Positions 55,848 through 64,000 of a DNA stretch of 64,000 nt are shown here, one piece after another (the first letter of the stretch is position 1; every line of letters starts with the position of its first letter). Source of the DNA: Corallochytrium limacisporum Hawaii (lineage: Eukaryota > Protista > Pluriformea); contig PDIP01000008.1 of assembly GCA_002811645.1 (NCBI GenBank), positions 175,256 to 239,255 of the forward strand, given 5' to 3'. The notes below the pieces were generated by a model. It was not told where the DNA came from and made no database searches. It saw nothing but the letters and a program-made list of their open reading frames with translations. The position numbers and the translations under genes were made by a program.

Positions 55848-58449
55848 GTTGAGTTCCTGTGCAGATCTACAAAGTACGAACGAGTTCAGATAGATAGCCT
55901 TCGCGGACTCATCACCGGTTCGTGATCCCGAATAGCCGTCGGCACCACATCTTCCGATTACCCGCCTTACCGCCCCTCGTCTCCCCTGGCACCCCAGCCG
56001 AAGTACGGGTCCCTGTGAGCAGGCGCAGCGTAACCCACCCACCCCGGGAAGAGTATTTCTGTCTGATTGCCTTGATTGTGTACCTCCTCCACCAAAAAGC
56101 CATATACTTTCCACCGAGTGCGATTGGAATCCGTATATTAAACACGTACGGCGTCTGAGCCACCTAAGCACGGCAGGTTGGTACACTCACCACTGCGCAG
56201 GCGGCTACACACTCGCGCACTGGTGCTTTTGCTGCTCTACGAAGAAAGGAAAAGCGTAAACAAGAGAGAGACGAAACGGTTTTTAATTTGGGGGTTGGGG
56301 GGGGGGGAGAGGAGGAAGCGCGACGTAACGGTGACACCAAGCGTTCTAAGTACTAAATGCCAAAAGAGCCCAAAGGAAAGGAGTGTCGACAAGATATTTA
56401 ATAATACGCGATTGGGTGGTGGGTCCGCCAGGGTAGGCCCCCCCCCGGGGGGGGGNNNNNNNNNNNNNNNNNNNNNNNNNNNNNNNNNNNNNNNNNNNNN
56501 NNNNNNNNNNNNNNNNNNNNNNNNNNNNNNNNNNNNNGGGAGGGGAGATGAGCAAGAAGAAGGAAATGGAAAGAAAAATATTAAAGAGGGAAGGGGGGGG
56601 GGAGCCAAAAACACGGCCCAAACCCTGAGGCAGTGTCTACGTGTGCTCGTTGCTTGTGGGTGTGTACTGTCTGTTGCGTAACCGTAACCCCCGCCGCGGC
56701 CGTCTGCCATCCAACATTGTACCCTGTTGGAGATTGGGTGGTGGCATCAAACTGAGTTTGCGTACGCATGCCCCGTTGTTAAAGGATCTCGGGGCTGTGT
56801 GCCTGAAGTGTGTGAAGCAGGCGTGACCGTAGCACCATGTTACAGTCAGCAAAGATGCCCTGAGGAAGCAACGGATTTGCCAGTGTCCTCGTGAAGGAAG
56901 CGCGTACTCATACAAAAACTATGTGAACATCAAAGCGCCGTGGGAACTGGGTGGGCACCTGTAGGCCAGGCCGCGAGGGGGGGGGTTGGTTGTCCACTTT
57001 CATCACCCTTCGTCGGATTTCCAAAGGGTGAGAATTGCGGGGGAATGCCGGGACTGCTATTTGCGGGCGCATGGAATCACGTAGACAAGGGAAGATCGAG
57101 AGAACCGCCGTGACAGCGAGCACAAGCGCATAACAAAGCGGGTAAACCGGTCTTGGGGACCAGAAAGCCACTTTCCTTTGCAACTTTTGGTCAGGGTTTC
57201 GCGAAATATTTATACATTTTTTGTTTAATTTTCTATTATTCCTGCGACCGGACCCGTTTTCTCGACCAAACGGAGAGAGAGGCCAGGTGGGAGGGAGGGG
57301 TTCACGGGCAAGAGGAGCTGTGTATAGAAAGAGTACGGAATCGGGCGGCGATATCTGAACTCGGAGGACACATTCTTGTGAAAGCGCCAGCTGAGTGCCT
57401 GCGTGTCCGTGGGTGTTGAAATATCTAGGAAATTTGAGTAGTGATTTAAGGACGTCTCGGTTGGGAAACATTAAAAGAAAAAAAGGAGAATCAGGTCCGA
57501 GTGTTTGCCTATGTGGAATCTCGCTCTGTGTGCCTGTACGGTCGTGCTCTTGTACCGTACCGCGATCTCCCCATTGTTGCGCGTGTGTGTGTGTGTGTAC
57601 CCGATCTGTTCTCGTCCTCGCTCCTCCTCAACCCTCCTCCCATCTGTCTGCCCGTTCTGCAGGCAAACGAACTGCCCCTATCGGCTCCTCTCGCTGCCCA
57701 ATACGCAATATGCACCTGCGTGCTTGGTCGACCGCTCGGATGGTGGACTATATAGATCCCGTTGTGTTCCCTGGGCCCGCCCTTCCAAGTTCCTGACACC
57801 CCCCTCCCCTCCTCCCCGGGGTGGGGGGGGGCCTGTGCGGTAGTGCCACAATCGATCCAGTCCGCCCGTGAGTACTTTGGGAGGAGGATTTTTTCTTTTT
57901 CGGAAAAATTTGCCAGGTCATATACCTTTCGGGCTCGCAATATTTCTGCTTGCCACACAGGACCGTCACCGCCCCCAGGACACACCCCTCCCTATACACA
58001 CAGCCCTCACGGGAGCGATCACACAGGCAGATAAAACTACTCACTGGGGACGGGCGGTCTCACACACTTACACACACACCCGCGCAGAGGACGGGGGACC
58101 GACCCAGAGGTCAACAAAAAGTAGTGGAAAATTAGAAGGGGGAGGAGACGTGAGTGTGAGTTGCTCGGGGTCCGTTTCACATGAATTCAAGACTGTTTCG
58201 TGCCCGTCTGGCACGCTTGGTTCTCAGAGATGGTGTGTATCTTCGGTTTCGGCTGCAAGCGTTGGTGCTGGTGGTACGTTCCGGTTAGATGGAATGGTGC
58301 GATGGCTTGCGGAGCGATGGAACATGTCGCCAGACCGGTGTCATCAACCTTCAGAGTGTGGGTACTTGATGAACCACGGTTGAATATCATAATGGTCCGT
58401 ACAGATCTTTCACTGGTTTTAATTCGGGTAATATTTTCAAAGACAAAGG

Positions 58450-60018
58450 ATGCTGTTCGTGAAATCCGCCCATACCGTGGCGAAGAGCACGCCAACTCGG
58501 GTCACAGCTCTGAACACCGCTGCCAAGGCTTTCTACAGTGTTCAAGCCAAAGGCTCAGTACAGATCTTCGATGACGCCACCAAGGCTGTGGCTGATGTCA
58601 AAGACGGATCCAAACTGCTGGTTGGTGGTTTTGGTCTGTGTGGCATCCCTGAGGGCCTGATTAATGGTCTGCTAAAGACTGGAGCCAAAAATCTGACTGC
58701 TGTAAGCAACAATGCAGGTGTTGACGATTTCGGTCTCGGTCTTCTGTTGCGTAGCCGTCAGATCAAGCGCATGATTTCTTCCTACGTAGGTGAAAACAAG
58801 GAATTCGAGCGCCAGTATCTGTCCGGTGAGCTTGAAGTCGAGCTGACGCCCCAGGGTACTCTCGCTGAGCGCATTCGTGCCGGTGCCGCGGGTATCCCAG
58901 CCTTCTTCACTGCGACCGGCTATGGTACCCTCATTCATGAGGGTGGCTCCCCGATCAAGTACAATACTGATAAGAGCATCCAGATTGCCAGCACGCCTCG
59001 CGAGTCTCGCGAGTTCAACGGTCACAATTATATCATGGAGGAAGCCATTACAGGCGACTACGGCCTGATCCGCGCGTGGAAGGCTGATGAAGTGGGAAAC
59101 CTTGTCTTCCGCAAGACGACCGCAAATTTCAACTTGCCGATGGCCAAAGCAGCAAAAACCACTATCGTCGAGGTTGAGGAAATCGTGCCCCTTGGAGAGA
59201 TTGACCCGCACCACGTTCACGTCTCTGCGGCCTATGTGGATCGCCTGGTGGTGAATAAGAACTTGGAGAAGCGCATCGAGAAACGTACCACACGCAAGGA
59301 GGACACAGGCGACCACTCCGTCACTGGTGACAGCCCGCAGGCCCGCCGCGAGCGCATCGTCCGTCGTGCCGCCCTGGAATTCAAGGACGGTATGTTTGTG
59401 AACCTAGGTATCGGTATGCCCATGCTGGCCTCGAACTACGTAAAGGACGATATGACCATCTATCTGATGAGCGAGAACGGTGTGCTGGGTCTTGGACCGT
59501 ACCCCACTGAAGCAGAGGTTGACCCAGATCTCATCAATGCTGGCAAAGAAACCGTGACAGTGGTCCCTGGTTCCTCATTCTTCGGCTCTGAGGAGTCCTT
59601 TGGAATGATTCGTGGTGGACACATCGATCTGACCATCTTGGGAGGCATGGAGGTGGCCGCGAACGGTGACATTGCCAACTGGATGATCCCCGGCAAGATG
59701 GTCAAGGGCATGGGTGGCGCCATGGATCTGGTCGCCAGTGTGGGAACCAAGGTCGTAGTGACCATGGAGCACAATGCCAAGGATGGGAGCAGCAAGATCC
59801 TGGAGCGCTGCACTTTGCCCCTGACTGGTCTCAACTGCGTCGACGCCATCATCACCGACAAAGCGGTATTCTCCATTGACCATGCCAAGGCTGCCCAGAC
59901 TGGCAACGGTCTGGTCTTGCTCGAGTACGCCGAGGGCATGGATATTGAGAGTGTCAAGGCTGCCACCAAGGCTTCCTTCACAGTTGCAGATGACGTCAAG
60001 GTCATCCAGTATGCCTAG
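58450..60018 (+). CDS. OXCT1: Succinyl-CoA:3-oxoacid CoA-transferase (SCOT), mitochondrial, fused alpha/beta
   Basis: Basic presequence; [47 protein letters not shown] (catalytic Glu), GMGGAMDL. Confidence 0.96.
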   Translation: MLFVKSAHTVAKSTPTRVTALNTAAKAFYSVQAKGSVQIFDDATKAVADVKDGSKLLVGGFGLCGIPEGLINGLLKTGAKNLTAVSNNAGVDDFGLGLLLRSRQIKRMISSYVGENKEFERQYLSGELEVELTPQGTLAERIRAGAAGIPAFFTATGYGTLIHEGGSPIKYNTDKSIQIASTPRESREFNGHNYIMEEAITGDYGLIRAWKADEVGNLVFRKTTANFNLPMAKAAKTTIVEVEEIVPLGEIDPHHVHVSAAYVDRLVVNKNLEKRIEKRTTRKEDTGDHSVTGDSPQARRERIVRRAALEFKDGMFVNLGIGMPMLASNYVKDDMTIYLMSENGVLGLGPYPTEAEVDPDLINAGKETVTVVPGSSFFGSEESFGMIRGGHIDLTILGGMEVAANGDIANWMIPGKMVKGMGGAMDLVASVGTKVVVTMEHNAKDGSSKILERCTLPLTGLNCVDAIITDKAVFSIDHAKAAQTGNGLVLLEYAEGMDIESVKAATKASFTVADDVKVIQYA

Positions 60019-63000
60019 AGTGTTACGTCCCACCTGGCACCAGACGGCCAGCTCCGGGCCCACAAGGATGGGACCAATTCTACTGTTCTTTGACAGTCTC
60101 ATCTTCTTTCGGTCCTTGAAACATAGCATATAACACACAGGAACAAAAGAATCATCACAATACATTCATCAATGTCGTAGTAACAAACCCTCCAAAGCAG
60201 GGCGGTAATGAACCGGCACCGACCCCTCCTTGGGAAGCACACCACCAGAATCTCTGCACCCCCACACTCTGCCTTGGCCGTTCAACCTCGTGAGGATGTA
60301 TTGGGGAGGTGTTCAGTTCTGACCATCACCACTGCGAAACCAAGGTCGGTCGTCTCTTCTGACTATGGTACATCTTGCTAGAGTGCGGTCGGGTGATCTC
60401 ATGTATGTGGTGTTGGTTGGATCTTGACCATAGTGTACAAAGAGTACCGTGCTACGGTATCATAAGAGGAAGTCACCATCGCCGAGGATGCCCTCCGTAG
60501 CCACTGGTTTAAAGGAATGTAAGCGGTCTTGACACGACGCAAACAGCAAGAGATGGAATGAGGTGAGATGAATTTTGAGAGAGCACAGGGACAGTCCATT
60601 CCCTGGGCCATCCATACATACCCAAGGGGGGAGACATGAAGTGCTTGGAGCAATACGAGGGAGAGAGCGGTCAAGAAGCTGTTCATGTCAGCGACCGGGC
60701 TATTCCTCCGCCATTCATCACCAAGACAAATACGCAGTGTCAATCCAAACAAGGTCCAGCATGATCATTTGCTGGCTATTTTGCCCTCCATTCACTGCCT
60801 TGGTTCTACGTGGTATATCATTTATGTCCATCCAGGTTCCGTTCATCGTTCCGTTCCCTGTGCCCAGCGGCGCGCTTGGAAGCCATCACACGTCTGGGCT
60901 CAGGAACTCCCCCGGTCTCACCCCGCATTCTGGGACGCTCACCTCCGTAACAACCCCGCCGCGGCCCGCAGCAACCGAAGACGAAAAAGGTTGTGAGGGT
61001 CTCCAAAAGAATGACCCACCTCTCGACCCGGTGAATTCCTTTCTTTTTTTTTTATCTTTCCTAATTTTTGGAGGGGAAAATAGACTCCCGTAATATATAG
61101 GAAATGTACTGAAGAAATTCCAAGTTTTGACTGTTCCCTTCGTGGCTCTGACGTGCCCGCCCTTCCGGCCGTGGCTGACAACCGATCGTCCCCGCCGTGC
61201 CTTTTAGTCGGGTCCTCCCGACCCCGACCGTTGGAGGCCTCTTATTTTTCCTCGGTCTCTCCCCCCCCCCTCCTTTTGTTTTGGTTTCTTTGCTATGGAG
61301 AGCGGGTGAAGAGAGCGCCACAGAAAGGGGAGCAGCGGGCCAGGTGGAGAGAGAGATGGAGGGAGAGAGAGAGAGTGGGAAGAGCGATCGAGCGAGTAAC
61401 ACTTCCCCCCTTCCCAACTCCCCTTCCCAACTCCCGTCTTCCCGGAACCCCCACCTCTCCCGAAAGCGGTCAGAAATGCACCGAAAATGGGAGTAAATCC
61501 AGGGCGGGTCCTGGGCAACACAACAACCGCCCTCCCCGGGCCACACACCAAAGTGCGATATATCTCTATCTCTCTCTGTGGGCACCAAGGGACTTTGTGA
61601 GGTGAAAGCGTAGAAAAGAAAGGAAAGAAAAAAAAAGAACGGTGGTAACTCTGAGTAAACGGAGGAGGGGATAAAGAGAGGTATCATCGTTGGCGGTGGG
61701 GGAGAGATCGAGCCACAGGCACGAGAACCTCCCGACGGCAGTGAGGAAAGTTTTTTCTTCTTCTTTCTCCTTCGTCTTTATTTTCCCTTTCCCTATGTTC
61801 CGCTTTTTCTTTGGGGGNNNNNNNNNNNNNNNNNNNNNNNNNNNNNNNNNNNNNNNNNNNNNNNNNNNNNNNNNNNNNNNNNNNNNNNNNNNNNNNNNNN
61901 NNNNNNNNNNNNNNNNNNNNNNNNNNNNNNNNNNNNNNNNNNNNNNNNNNNNNNNNNNNNNNNNNNNNNNNNNNNNNNNNNNNNNNNNNNNNNNNNNNNN
62001 NNNNNNNNNNNNNNNNNNNNNNNNNNNNGAGGGGGAGGAGGAGGGAGGGAAAATGTTTCCATATGCGCAGTTCTGGAAAATATCCTCAGTAGTTTTCTAG
62101 TATTCAATCGATAAGACGTTGGGCAACTCGGGTGTGCCTTCACCGCCCGCGGGTTGATTGTGTGTGGTACCAGAGACAGATTTGCCTGCCAACACTTCCC
62201 GGTGCCCCAGCAAGGCAAGCTAAACGGCAAGGGACGATTTGAGTGAGTGTGTGCGAGAGAGAGAGAGAGTGTGTGTGTGTGTGGTGGGAGAGGGGTTGGT
62301 TGTGTTAGACTTGAGACAGAGGGTGCTATTGAAAGACCAGAATGGAGCAGCAGCGGGGCAAAAAACTCTGAGAAGGATATTAAAAAAAAATGAAAATAGC
62401 GAGGCAAAAAAAATTTTGTGATCGAGGCTGCCGGGTTGGCTTTTTCAGGTACATTGATCACTTGAGCCACGAGTTCCGGGGAAATGTGGCGGTAGATAGC
62501 GAAGTTTTAGGCCCCCGCTTGCCCGAGGCCCGTGGTGGGTGAGGACGGTGGTAGGGAAAGTCAAGACGGGAGGTTTTTTTTTCTTTTGGATCTTTAACTG
62601 CCCGCAACCGACCCTAGACCCACTACCCGCGAGGGGGGGGGGAGGGGAGAGGGAGCTTGGAACCAAGAGAAAAGGCTACCGCACTTGGGAGTGGGAGCAT
62701 TGGCGGGGGCTGCTTGGCTGTAGCCATACTGAAATAGCTCACTTGGCCCATGTTTTAAGAAATTAGGAGGATTGGATGAGGGGGGCAAGACCTCTGGGGT
62801 TTGGCTGGAGACCGATCTACAATTTTTTTTTGATTCATTCTCTCCTATTGGAACCCACTTGGAGTAGACGTGTGGCTTAAAGGAGGCGTGTGGGGGATGT
62901 GTCCTCCTCCCCCGCTCTCTGTCGCCCTCTCTCTCCCTGCTGAGGTAAGGGGGGAGGGGGGCCAAGCCAACGCAAGTTGGCTACCGTTGTTAATGGAGTG

Positions 63001-64000
63001 GTCACGAGGCTGCTTTTTTCTTAAAGACGTTCAAGAGATTAAAAATACAGGCACTGTGACACCTTTTTGTCTCCGGTTCCAAGGGGCAACCGACCGCTGT
63101 AAGGTTACCTGTCCCATTCAACTTTTTTCTGAATTAAGGAGGGAGGGGGGGTCTCGGGGGGGGGTTTTCGGGAGGAGTGAGAACGGGGGAAGGGGGGATG
63201 GGCTGTCAGTTTTTTTGATAGCTTTTCTGCCCTCAAATGACGGGTGATGATGGGTTCCCCCCGGAAGAGGGAAGGGGGCAGAGAGAGAGAGAGATCTTGG
63301 GGCTTTCTGCTGCGTCCCGTTTCCAGTACAGAGCGGTGTCTGCTTCCTGAAACAGACAGACAGACAGGGAGAGAGAGAGCGAGAGAGAGAGAGAGAGGAG
63401 GGTTTGTGTGTGTGTGTGGAGAGAGAGAGAGAGACTCACCTTTGCAACCGACAGTTTCTCTCCTGCGGGAGGTCTGAAGAAAAAAAAATGAGAAAAAAAA
63501 AAGGGAGAGAGAGAGGGTGGACCCGCAGTAAATGATGCGTTGCAGAGCCCAGCCCTCACACAGCGGGGCGAGATACCCAGGCACAGACACAGGAGAGAGT
63601 GCGAGACGAGACCCTGACACTTCTTTTTCTTGCTGCTTGTCCATTGCTGACATAGGGGCCCCAATTGCGTGTAGTGGCCAGGTCGGGACACGAACGGTTG
63701 TGAGCCCACTACGACGAATGCGAGAAGTGGTAAGTCGGATGAAGCCAACGAGGGTTATCCGCCAATGGCGGGCATGTGTTCACCACTGTTGGTAGAAAGG
63801 CTTGTCCGATCATTTGGTGGCTGTGTTGGTGTTTCAGGAGACCAACACAATGAAAGGGAGGTCGCCAGCAATCCCTATACCAGAACACATAGAGCCCCAC
63901 GTCTCGGGATAGCATTCAATCTGCCTAAGGTATCCTAACGGGGCAGGATTGAACTTTTCGTGACCTGGACTTGACTAGCTCCATCCCGTCGAAGGGATTA

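Noticed and set aside
60600-64000. Numerous 60-220-aa ORFs in the terminal 3.4 kb
   Set aside because: Low-complexity GA/CT/poly-G sequence with mostly non-ATG starts; it looks like upstream non-coding DNA of a gene outside the window.

Overview
Eukaryotic nuclear DNA from a gapped draft assembly (eight N gaps, most flanked by poly-G/C). All 18 intact protein genes are intronless and use the standard code. The gene set (Hook, USP6NL-like TBC, fused SCOT, RPL10, ATP synthase f) suggests an intron-poor unicellular opisthokont or holozoan. A Corallochytrium-like organism is my guess, not a verified assignment. Most genes are housekeeping or metabolic. Highlights: (1) three tandem secreted paralogs (2.3-14.9 kb) that, by recalled motifs, resemble the fungal galactosaminogalactan deacetylase Agd3 with the whole catalytic core missing, carrying 4, 0 and 1 copies of an unrecognised 10-Cys module; (2) a broken RSPH1-like flagellar radial-spoke gene (GTG instead of ATG, in-frame TAA at a conserved Tyr, lost MORN repeats) that the ORF track splits in two; (3) a Bacteroidetes-type DUF4955/beta-helix polysaccharide-lyase-like protein with a type II membrane anchor; (4) two copies of a TA-flanked Tc1/mariner-type element; (5) a head-to-head pair of ABCG half-transporters. 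All homology calls come from motif recognition by eye; no searches were run.
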